A stretch of DNA of 32,000 nucleotides from Paracoccus suum (GTDB lineage Bacteria; Pseudomonadota; Alphaproteobacteria; Rhodobacterales; Rhodobacteraceae), in NCBI RefSeq assembly GCF_003324675.1, contig NZ_CP030918.1:630001-662000 (forward strand). Direction: 5' to 3'. Each line of letters begins with the position of its first letter. Within the stretch, counting starts at the first letter, position 1. Position numbers and translations under genes: made by a program. Under the pieces are notes generated by a model. The model searched no databases, was not told the DNA's origin, and saw only the letters and a program-made list of their open reading frames with translations. Below, in pieces: positions 17,551-25,019 of this stretch.

Positions 17551-18015
17551 TCACTCGCTTGCGGCCTCGGCTGCGTCCGCCGCCGCGGTGTCGACCGCGT
17601 CCACGCTGGCCTGCTCTTCGGCAGCAGCAGCGGCATCCGCATCGGCGGTGCTGGTGTCGGCAACGGCAGCGGCGGCCGCGGCCTCACGCTCGGCGCGCTT
17701 GGTGGCGCGGTCCTTGGCGGCCTTGCCCGGCTCGCCCTTTTTCAGGTTCTTTCGCTCGGTCTTTTCCTTGACGCCAGCAGCCTCGAGAAAACGCGCGACG
17801 CGGTCGGTCGGCTGCGCGCCCTGGCCCAGCCAGTGCTGCACGCGCTCGACGTTCATGCGCACGCGGTCCTCGCTGTCCTTCGGCAGCAGCGGGTTGTAGG
17901 TGCCCAGCTTTTCCAGGAAGCGGCCATCGCGCGGCATGCGCGAGTCGGTCGCAACGATGGCATAGTGCGGGCGCTTCTTGCTGCCGCCACGGGCGAGACG
18001 GATCTTCATGGCCAT
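17551..18015 (-). CDS. rpsP: 30S ribosomal protein S16 with an Ala/Asp/Glu-rich C-terminal extension of about 70 aa (154 aa total)
   Basis: [43 protein letters not shown]…; a strong SD (AAGGAGA) precedes ATG 18015. Confidence 0.92.
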   Translation of the reverse strand: MAMKIRLARGGSKKRPHYAIVATDSRMPRDGRFLEKLGTYNPLLPKDSEDRVRMNVERVQHWLGQGAQPTDRVARFLEAAGVKEKTERKNLKKGEPGKAAKDRATKRAEREAAAAAAVADTSTADADAAAAAEEQASVDAVDTAAADAAEAASE

Positions 18016-18041
18016 AGTGGTATCTCCTTGGTATGGCGTCG

Positions 18042-18347
18042 TTATTTCTGGAAGTTCTCGTGGTGACGGATGACTTCCGAGATCACGAAATTGAGGAATT
18101 TTGCAGCGAAATCCGGGTCCAGATCAGCCTCACGCGCGAGGCGCTGCAGCCGGTCGATCTGATGCGCCTCGCGCCCCGGATCAGAGGGAGGGAGTGCATG
18201 TTCGGCCTTCAGACGGCCGACGTCCTGCGTGTGCTTGAACCGCTCGGCCAGGGTAAAGACCAGGATCGCGTCCAGCCGGTCGATGCTGGCGCGGTGCTCG
18301 GCCAGCAGGGATGCGGCACGGGCTGTGGTAGGGTTATCGGCGATCAT
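18042..18347 (-). CDS. Chorismate mutase (AroQ / type II, 101 aa)
   Basis: [33 protein letters not shown]…[12 protein letters not shown]…[13 protein letters not shown] fits the small all-helical CM_2 family. Its ATG overlaps the GNAT stop (ATGA). Confidence 0.8.
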   Translation of the reverse strand: MIADNPTTARAASLLAEHRASIDRLDAILVFTLAERFKHTQDVGRLKAEHALPPSDPGREAHQIDRLQRLAREADLDPDFAAKFLNFVISEVIRHHENFQK

Positions 18348-18874
18348 GCCAGCACCTTCGGATGACGATAGATCAGGACAGGCGTTTCCAGCAGCACGGC
18401 CTCGCGCTCGATGGTCGCGCCCATGCGCTCGGCCAGTTTGCGCGAGCGCAGGTTCGCATGGTCGATATGCGAGATCACGCCGTCGAGGCCGAACCGGCGC
18501 GCGCCCGTTTGCCGCGCGGCCATGGCGCCCTCAAAGGCATATCCGCGACCTTCAAAGCCGTCATAGATGTGCCAGCCCAGTTCGGGCTCGGACCAGCCGG
18601 CGTGGTAGATAAAGCCCAGGCGGCCGGCCGGCTTGCCGCTGGCCTTGTCCTCGACCATCCAGAAGCCATAGCCGCGCGCGATCCAGTGGCCGATGCCGGC
18701 AAGGTGCCCGCGCCACGCCTCATAGCGGTTCTGCTTGCCGCCAATGAACGCGGTGCGATCGCTGGCGGCAAAGGCGGCGACCGTCTCGAAATCGCTCTCG
18801 CGCGGCTCGCGCAGGATCAGGCGGTCGGTCTCGACCACCGGCACGATCACCTTGATGGTGACGTCAGCCGTCAT
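18344..18874 (-). CDS. GNAT-family N-acetyltransferase (RimJ/RimL-like, 176 aa)
   Basis: VETDRLILREPRESDFE…GFWMVEDKASGKPAGRLGF…EPELGWHIYDGFEGRGYAFEGA…SHIDHANLRSRKLAERMG is the Acetyltransf_3-like pattern. It has ATGA overlaps at both ends, with ffh and with chorismate mutase. Confidence 0.8.
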   Translation of the reverse strand: MTADVTIKVIVPVVETDRLILREPRESDFETVAAFAASDRTAFIGGKQNRYEAWRGHLAGIGHWIARGYGFWMVEDKASGKPAGRLGFIYHAGWSEPELGWHIYDGFEGRGYAFEGAMAARQTGARRFGLDGVISHIDHANLRSRKLAERMGATIEREAVLLETPVLIYRHPKVLA

Positions 18875-20370
18875 TTGCGCCCCGGGAACAGGCCGCTCAG
18901 CCCGCCCGGCAGGTTCAGGCCGCCCAGTTGACCGCCAAGGCCCTTGGGGTCCTGCAGCAGCTTGCTGGCTTCAGCCATCTTGGCGGGGTCAACCTCGCCT
19001 AGGTCGGGCAGACCGGCGCCCCCCTTGCCGCCCATCGCCTTCATCGCCTGGCGCAGCAGGCCGCCCTTCATGCCGCCCAGCTTTTTCATCGTGTCGGCCA
19101 TCTGGCGCTGCATCTTCAGCAGCTTGTTCAACTCGGCCACGTCCAGACCGGCGCCGGCGGCGATGCGCTTCTTGCGGCTGGCCTGCAGCAGGTCGGGGTT
19201 GGCCCGCTCGCGCTTGGTCATCGAGTTGATCAACGCGATCTGGCGGCGCACGGCACTGTCGTCCATCCCGGCGGCCTCGGCCTGCTTGGCCATCTTTGCC
19301 ATGCCGGGCATCATGCCCATGATCGACTGCATGCCGCCCATCTTCTGCATCTGTTCCAGCTGACTGCGAAGGTCGTTCATGTTGAACAATCCCTTCTGAA
19401 AGCGCTTCATCATGCGCTCGGCCTGCTCGACCTCAAGCGTTTGCTGGGCTTTCTCGACGAGGCTGACGATATCGCCCATGCCGAGGATGCGGCCGGCGAT
19501 GCGGTTCGCCTCGAACGGCTCGATGGCGTCCATCTTTTCGCCAAGGCCGACAAAGCGGATCGGCTTGCCGGTGACAGCCCGCATCGACAGCGCCGCGCCG
19601 CCACGGCCATCGCCGTCCATCCGGGTCAGGACCACGCCGCTGATGCCGACCTTGTCCTGGAACTCGGTCGCGACGTTCACGGCGTCCTGGCCGGTCAGGC
19701 CGTCGACCACCAGCAGCGTCTCGCGCGGCTGGGCGATGTCGCGGACCGCCTGAACCTCATCCATCAGGACCTGGTCGATGTGCAGCCGGCCGGCGGTGTC
19801 CAGCATCACCACGTCATAGCCGCCCAAGGACGCCTGCGTCCTGGCACGGCGGGCAATCTGCACCGCGCTTTCGCCCGGCACGATCGGCAGCGTATCGACG
19901 CCGATCTGCGTTCCGAGGATCGCCAGCTGTTCCATCGCCGCAGGGCGGTTGGTGTCGAGCGAGGCCATCAGCACGCGCTTTTTCTCTCGGTCCTTAAGGC
20001 GTTTGGCCAGCTTTGCCGTTGTCGTGGTCTTGCCCGAGCCCTGCAAGCCAACCATCAGGATCGGCGCGGGCGGGTTGTCGATGCGCAGCGAGTCCGGCGC
20101 GTCCTCGCCCTGCAGCACGCGGATCAGTTCGTCATGAACGATCTTGACCACCTGCTGGCCCGGGGTGATCGACTTGGTCACCGCGCTGCCGGTCGCCTTG
20201 GCGGTCACGCGCTTGACGAAATCGCGCGCCACCGGCAGCGAGACGTCCGCCTCCAGCAGGGCAGTGCGGACCTCGCGCATCGCGGCGGTCACGTCATCCT
20301 CGGTCAGGGCGCCCTGCTTGGTCAGGCGGTCGAACACTCCGCCGAGGCGGTCGGACAGGTTCTCGAACAT
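18871..20370 (-). CDS. ffh: Signal recognition particle protein Ffh (499 aa)
   Basis: MFENLSDRLGGVFDRLTKQGALTEDDV…, GLQGSGKTTT, DTAGRL, TRMDGDGRGGAALS and a Met-rich M domain. Start at ATG 20370, 5 nt after GGAGG. Confidence 0.93.
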   Translation of the reverse strand: MFENLSDRLGGVFDRLTKQGALTEDDVTAAMREVRTALLEADVSLPVARDFVKRVTAKATGSAVTKSITPGQQVVKIVHDELIRVLQGEDAPDSLRIDNPPAPILMVGLQGSGKTTTTAKLAKRLKDREKKRVLMASLDTNRPAAMEQLAILGTQIGVDTLPIVPGESAVQIARRARTQASLGGYDVVMLDTAGRLHIDQVLMDEVQAVRDIAQPRETLLVVDGLTGQDAVNVATEFQDKVGISGVVLTRMDGDGRGGAALSMRAVTGKPIRFVGLGEKMDAIEPFEANRIAGRILGMGDIVSLVEKAQQTLEVEQAERMMKRFQKGLFNMNDLRSQLEQMQKMGGMQSIMGMMPGMAKMAKQAEAAGMDDSAVRRQIALINSMTKRERANPDLLQASRKKRIAAGAGLDVAELNKLLKMQRQMADTMKKLGGMKGGLLRQAMKAMGGKGGAGLPDLGEVDPAKMAEASKLLQDPKGLGGQLGGLNLPGGLSGLFPGRK

Positions 20371-20598
20371 CGGGGCCTCCAGCGGGCGAAAGCAATGGCG
20401 GGGCGCAATGCAGGAACGCCCCCGTGGGCGCATCGCGCTGACGGGGGGCGATCCCCGACCGCGCGGGGACCGGAAGGCTGACCTTCCGGGAGTTGCGCTT
20501 GCCCCTACGCCTCTGCGCCTCGCGAGTCAAGGCGGGCAGGATTAACCGCATATTCAGGCTTAGTCGCTAGGCAAGGGGCTTGTGGAAAGGGGTGCGGC

Positions 20599-21252
20599 AT
20601 GAGTTGCGATCACGACAGCCGGCACGATGTCGCGATCAATGCCGTGCCGATGCTGAGTGATTTTCTGCTGCCCGCGCTGATGGAGGTCGCGATCGCCCAC
20701 CCCACGATCGGCTTTCGCTACCGCCCGGCGATCGCGATCCAGTGCCTGCATGCGCCTTCGCCGGGGGCAAAGCCTCCCTTGGCGCTCAGCCTGCGCGCCG
20801 GGGCCGAGCCGTCGCAGGCCGACGGCATCTCGGTGCGCCGGCTGGGACTGCTGGGGGTCGGGCTTTATGCTGCGGAGAGCTACGTCATGAAATTCGGCAA
20901 GGCGCAGGAGGCTGCCGACCTCGCCGGTCACGTGCTGGTCCATCGCGACGCGTCCGATAACGCCCCGTGGGAGCATTGGCTGACCCTGCACGCGCCCGAG
21001 GTGCGATTCATCCTCCGCTCGGATGACGAGGCGGCGCAGCGCGCCGCCGTCCGCTCGGGGCATTGCGCGGCGTTCATGCCGATCGCGGCGCGTCTCTTCA
21101 ACACGCAGTTGCGCACGGTGATGGCGCCGCGTGACGAATGGGCCGCTCCGCTTTGGCTGGTCACCCCTGCCTGCCTGTCGATGCCGGACCCCGTGCTGGC
21201 CGCGGTCGCGATGTTGGGCGACCGGCTGTCACGCTCGCTCGGAGGCAGCTGA
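20599..21252 (+). CDS. LysR-type substrate-binding (effector) domain ORF lacking the N-terminal HTH; possibly a truncated gene remnant
   Basis: The 217 aa align by eye with the LTTR C-terminal domain only (…VAINAVPMLSDFLLPALMEVAIAHPTIGF…RRLGLLGVGLYAAESYV…DLAGHVLV…RSDDEAAQRAAVRSGHCAAFMPIAARLFNTQLRTVM…PLWLVT…). Only about 228 nt separate it from ffh, and my reading of that stretch (in-frame extension back to about 20521) shows no wHTH-like sequence. Confidence 0.55.
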   Translation: MSCDHDSRHDVAINAVPMLSDFLLPALMEVAIAHPTIGFRYRPAIAIQCLHAPSPGAKPPLALSLRAGAEPSQADGISVRRLGLLGVGLYAAESYVMKFGKAQEAADLAGHVLVHRDASDNAPWEHWLTLHAPEVRFILRSDDEAAQRAAVRSGHCAAFMPIAARLFNTQLRTVMAPRDEWAAPLWLVTPACLSMPDPVLAAVAMLGDRLSRSLGGS

Positions 21253-21419
21253 AGGGGTGGTTCGCCCTCGGGAATAGGCGGAGGCCCGCGGGTTTTTCAC
21301 GTTTCGTCCAGCGTCGGTGGACCTTGACCGTCCCCGCCACTATTTCGTCCACACGCCGGCCCGCCGGGCGCCTTTCATATCGGACAAGGACGACAGACTG
21401 ATGACAGGACCGAGGATCG

Positions 21420-22724
21420 TTGCCCGGGGGTAACGGGCAGGCGCTGCCCGATCCCTCATATGACGGTATTCCCGCCGTCTCGGCCGGCAGTCCCGTGGGC
21501 GCTGCGGGCGGGAGAATCCTCGCGCTCGACATGCTGCGCGGCTTTGCGCTGGTCTGCATCATGCTCGACCACATGCCGATCGGCGTGGCGCGCAACGCCA
21601 CCATTTCGAACTTTTTCCTGTTTGACGCGGCAGAGCTTTTCGTCCTGCTCTCGGGCTTTCTGGTCGGCCTGGTCTGGCGCCAGGTCGCGGCGCGGGACGG
21701 CACCGGCGCCGCGCAGCGCCGTTTCGCGATTCGCGCCTTTCAGGTCTGGCGCGCCATGATGGTCGCCGCGGTCCTGATGGCGCTGCTGTCGCTGGGCCTG
21801 CAGGCGCTTGACCTGACGCACACTGCCGTCTGGAACGGCTATGCCGAGATGCTGGCGACGCAACCGCTACAGTACCTGCTGGCAGTAGGCAGCCTGTGGA
21901 TGCAGCCGAACCTGCTGGACGTGCTTGCCCTCTATGCGCTGGTGCTCGCCTTTGTGCCGCTTGTCCTGCCCGGGATCATGCGCTGGCCGCTGCTGACGGC
22001 GGCGGTGCTGTTTGCAGTCTGGTGGTATGCCGTGCCGCTGAACAACCTGCTGCCGAACGAACGCCCGGGCGCGCGCGGGCTGCTGTTCAACCCGTTCGGC
22101 TGGCAGGCGTTGTTCTTTACCGGGGCCGCCCTCGGGGTCTATCGCACCGCGGTGATGGCACGGCTGCGGCCGATCGCGCCACTGGTGACCCTGCTTGCCG
22201 TCTGCACCCTGATATTCGGCGCGCTGGTGCTGATCGGCTGGCGAGTTGGCCAACCCCTGCAGCCGCTGCGCGATGCGCTGTTCGCGGTCCATGGCGTGAT
22301 CGACAAATGGCCGATGGACGGCGCGCGCTATCTTTCGATCCTGGCGGCGGCCTGGCTTGTCGCCGCGCCCCTCGCGGGGCTGTTCGGCTGGCTTGCCGGC
22401 ACCGGTCCGGGCCGGGCCCTGGCGACGATCGGTCGCGGCGGCCTGGTCAGCTTCGTCGCTTGCGTGCTGCTGTCGGTGCTGGGCGATGCCGGCCAGAACG
22501 CAATCGTCCCCGCGGCCGCGGCCCGCCTGCTGGTTGACCTCTGGACCATCCCCGCCCTGTGGGTAATCGCCGAAGTCCTGGCGCGGTGGGACGCGCGGCC
22601 ATCGCGCACTGCCCTCCCAGTGCGCGTCCGCGGCGCCACGCCGGTACCGGCGCCAAGGCTGGAGTTGCGGCACCAACCGGCCCAAGGACCCAGACAGGGG
22701 CGCGGCCCGGGCCAACTGGCCTGA
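21420..22724 (+). CDS. OpgC-like / acyltransferase-3-like integral membrane protein
   Basis: RILALDMLRGFALVCIMLDHMP… is followed by about 10 hydrophobic segments, as in OpgC (PF10129)-type proteins. The start is uncertain: TTG 21420 and GTG 21495 are both possible. Confidence 0.6.
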   Translation: MPGGNGQALPDPSYDGIPAVSAGSPVGAAGGRILALDMLRGFALVCIMLDHMPIGVARNATISNFFLFDAAELFVLLSGFLVGLVWRQVAARDGTGAAQRRFAIRAFQVWRAMMVAAVLMALLSLGLQALDLTHTAVWNGYAEMLATQPLQYLLAVGSLWMQPNLLDVLALYALVLAFVPLVLPGIMRWPLLTAAVLFAVWWYAVPLNNLLPNERPGARGLLFNPFGWQALFFTGAALGVYRTAVMARLRPIAPLVTLLAVCTLIFGALVLIGWRVGQPLQPLRDALFAVHGVIDKWPMDGARYLSILAAAWLVAAPLAGLFGWLAGTGPGRALATIGRGGLVSFVACVLLSVLGDAGQNAIVPAAAARLLVDLWTIPALWVIAEVLARWDARPSRTALPVRVRGATPVPAPRLELRHQPAQGPRQGRGPGQLA

Positions 22725-22814
22725 GGCCAAGGCGGCCCAGTCACGGCAGTTGCATCACCCTGTCCCCGCGGCTAGTCGGGTGACGCGACGCCCCCCGCAT
22801 GAGGAGCCGGCCTG

Positions 22815-24119
22815 GTGCCCGACCACCGCTCGTCCATTGCCCCCTACGACGCGGCGGAAAAGCGCCTCTATGCGGTTGGCGAGATGCCGCCCCTCGGCTA
22901 CGTGCCGCAACAGATGCACGCTTGGGTGATCCGCCCCGGCCAGCACGGCGCGCCCGACATCGCCATGCAGCCCGAGATCGTCGATGTGCCCACGATTGAC
23001 AGTTACGAGGTGCTCGTCCTCGTGATGGCCGCAGGGGTCAATTATAATGGCGTCTGGGCCGCGCTCGGCCAGCCGGTCAGCCCGTTCGACATCCACCGCC
23101 AGCCCCTGCACATCGCCGGCAGCGACGCCGCAGGGATCGTCTGGGCGGTCGGCGACAAGGTCAGCCGCTGGCGCGTCGGCGACGAAGTGGTGATCCACTG
23201 CAACCAGGACGACGGCGACGACGAGGAGTGCAACGGCGGCGATCCGATGTTCAGCCCCAGCCAGCGGATCTGGGGCTACGAGACGCCGGACGGCAGCTTT
23301 GCCCAGTTCACCCGCGTTCAGGCGCAGCAGTTGCTGCCCCGCCCGCGCCATCTGACGTGGGAAGAAAGCGCCTGCTACACGCTGACACTCGCCACCGCCT
23401 ACCGCATGCTCTTCGGCCACCACCCGCACGAGCTGAAACCCGGCCAGACGGTGCTGGTCTGGGGCGCGTCGGGCGGCCTGGGGTCGGTGGCGATCCAGCT
23501 GATCAATGCCGCCGGCGCCAGTGCCATTGGCGTCATCAGCGATGAGGACAAGCGCGACTTCGTCATGGGCCTCGGCGCCAAAGGCGTCATCAACCGCAGC
23601 GAGTTCGCGTGCTGGGGCCAGTTGCCACAGGTGCACACGCCCGAATATCACGCCTGGCTGGCCGAAGTCCGCCGCTTTGGCGCCGCGATCTGGGCGATCA
23701 CCGGCAAGGGCGAGAACGTCGACATCGTGTTCGAGCATCCCGGCGAGGCGACCTTTCCGGTCAGCACCTTCGTCTGCCGCAAGGGCGGGATGGTGGTGAT
23801 TTGCGCCGGCACCACCGGGTTCAACTGCACCTTTGACGTGCGCTACCTGTGGATGCACCAGAAACGCCTGCAGGGCAGCCACTTCGCCCATCTGAAACAG
23901 GCCGCCGCGGCGAACAAGCTGATGCTGGAGCGGCGCCTTGATCCCTGCATGAGCGAAGTGTTCCCATTTGCCGAAATCCCCGCCGCGCACATGAAGATGC
24001 TGCAGGGGGCGCACAAGCCGGGCAACATGGCCGTGCTGGTCCAGTCCCCCCGGACCGGCCTGCGCACCTTCGAGGATGCGTTCGAGGCCGGCCGCATGTC
24101 GGGACGGAACTCGGACTAA
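22815..24119 (+). CDS. ccr: Crotonyl-CoA carboxylase/reductase (ethylmalonyl-CoA pathway), 434 aa
   Basis: From memory, nearly collinear with R. sphaeroides Ccr (…LYAVGEMPPLGYVP…EVLVLVMAAGVNYNGVWA…HIAGSDAAGIVWAVGDKV…VIHCNQDDGDDEECNGGDPMFSPSQRIWGYETPDGSFAQFTRVQAQQL…KPGNMAVLVQSPRTGLRTF). The GTG start is 8 nt after GAGGAG. Confidence 0.93.
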   Translation: MPDHRSSIAPYDAAEKRLYAVGEMPPLGYVPQQMHAWVIRPGQHGAPDIAMQPEIVDVPTIDSYEVLVLVMAAGVNYNGVWAALGQPVSPFDIHRQPLHIAGSDAAGIVWAVGDKVSRWRVGDEVVIHCNQDDGDDEECNGGDPMFSPSQRIWGYETPDGSFAQFTRVQAQQLLPRPRHLTWEESACYTLTLATAYRMLFGHHPHELKPGQTVLVWGASGGLGSVAIQLINAAGASAIGVISDEDKRDFVMGLGAKGVINRSEFACWGQLPQVHTPEYHAWLAEVRRFGAAIWAITGKGENVDIVFEHPGEATFPVSTFVCRKGGMVVICAGTTGFNCTFDVRYLWMHQKRLQGSHFAHLKQAAAANKLMLERRLDPCMSEVFPFAEIPAAHMKMLQGAHKPGNMAVLVQSPRTGLRTFEDAFEAGRMSGRNSD

Positions 24120-24176
24120 GGGTCGCTGCGTCAGTGGCTTTGATCGAACGGCCCGTTCTTCGGCCCAGATGATCCC

Positions 24177-25019
24177 CTATGCCTGCGGCGCGGGCATCTC
24201 GCGGTCCTCTGCCTGGGCAAGGCGCCGCATGTCCTCGCGAAACCTATCCACCGGGGCGGAGGCCAGCGAGGCCGGGGTGGCGTCCGGATGCCGCTCGAGA
24301 TGCGCGGCGATCAGGCGGTGGCCGAGGCCGTAGCCGGCCCAACGGCGCATCGTTCCCTTGCCAAAGAACCAGGCCGCGTGATCGTGGTCGCGCTGCGACC
24401 AGCCATTCATCGCCCGCCGCGACAGGCCCGGCGAGGGCGGGGTCATGTCCCAGGGATCTGGCGCGCCGCCCAGCACCTGCACGACGAAATGCCCCGCCAG
24501 CCCCTCGCTTACCAAGGCCTCGCCCAGGCTGTGGCCATACCCGGGACCATCCCAGCGGATCAGGTGGTGGATCTCGTGGATCAGGGTGCGCACAAAGCGC
24601 TCGCGATTGTAGCGGGGCGGATCGATGGTGATCTCGATGACGCCCGGCATCGGTGCGCAGCCGCCAAGGCCCCATTCGGCGATCCCCGCGCCAGGCTGGC
24701 CGCGGACGATCAGGTCGAAATCGGGCACCGCGGTGACTGCCGAGGCGAGCGCAACCGCCTCGCGCGCGGCCACGCGCAGGTCGGACAGAATAGCTGTCAG
24801 CCCAAGGCGCGCGTTCAGCGGGTGCAGGTTCCAGATGGGAAGGGGACAGAAGACCGGCGCGGCCTCCGGCACCGGTGCAGGCGCGTCGGCTGCCTTCTCG
24901 ACATCGACCACGGCGACGGGACCCTCAGCACCATCGGGCACCGCTACGCCCGCGGCCGAAGCATCATCCGTCGCCGCCGCTTCGACGGCTGCGTCCTTGT
25001 CGTCGGGCTGCCCTGACAT
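24177..25019 (-). CDS. Putative Zn-dependent metalloprotease (HExxH; DUF2268-like), 280 aa, with an acidic Ala/Asp/Pro-rich N-terminal region
   Basis: LIHEIHHLIRWDGPGYGHSLGEALVSEGLAGHF contains an HExxH motif. Start at ATG 25019, overlapping the ftsK TGA (TGATG), with GGAGG 5 nt upstream. The 47 extra N-terminal codons of the track ORF overlap ftsK and are rejected. Confidence 0.65.
   Translation of the reverse strand: MSGQPDDKDAAVEAAATDDASAAGVAVPDGAEGPVAVVDVEKAADAPAPVPEAAPVFCPLPIWNLHPLNARLGLTAILSDLRVAAREAVALASAVTAVPDFDLIVRGQPGAGIAEWGLGGCAPMPGVIEITIDPPRYNRERFVRTLIHEIHHLIRWDGPGYGHSLGEALVSEGLAGHFVVQVLGGAPDPWDMTPPSPGLSRRAMNGWSQRDHDHAAWFFGKGTMRRWAGYGLGHRLIAAHLERHPDATPASLASAPVDRFREDMRRLAQAEDREMPAPQA

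Noticed and set aside
16510-18066. 518-aa plus-strand ORF
   Set aside because: Antisense to trmD, rimM and rpsP; low complexity.
19441-20481. 346-aa plus-strand ORF opposite ffh
   Set aside because: Antisense shadow.
20434-20598. Possible 4.5S/SRP RNA or other ncRNA next to ffh, suggested by the CCGGAAGG hairpin
   Set aside because: The hairpin lacks the conserved SRP RNA domain IV sequence context (the symmetric and asymmetric loops around a GNAR tetraloop). Its loop is CUGA, and the flanks do not form the extended helix. I found no support for an SRP RNA call.
22755-24014. 419-aa minus-strand ORF opposite ccr
   Set aside because: Antisense shadow; the ccr identification is unambiguous.
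24120-24176. Possible bidirectional terminator between ccr and the HExxH gene (GAACGG-c-CCGTTC)
   Set aside because: The effective stem is only 4-6 bp, the loop is minimal, and there is no U-tract on either strand.
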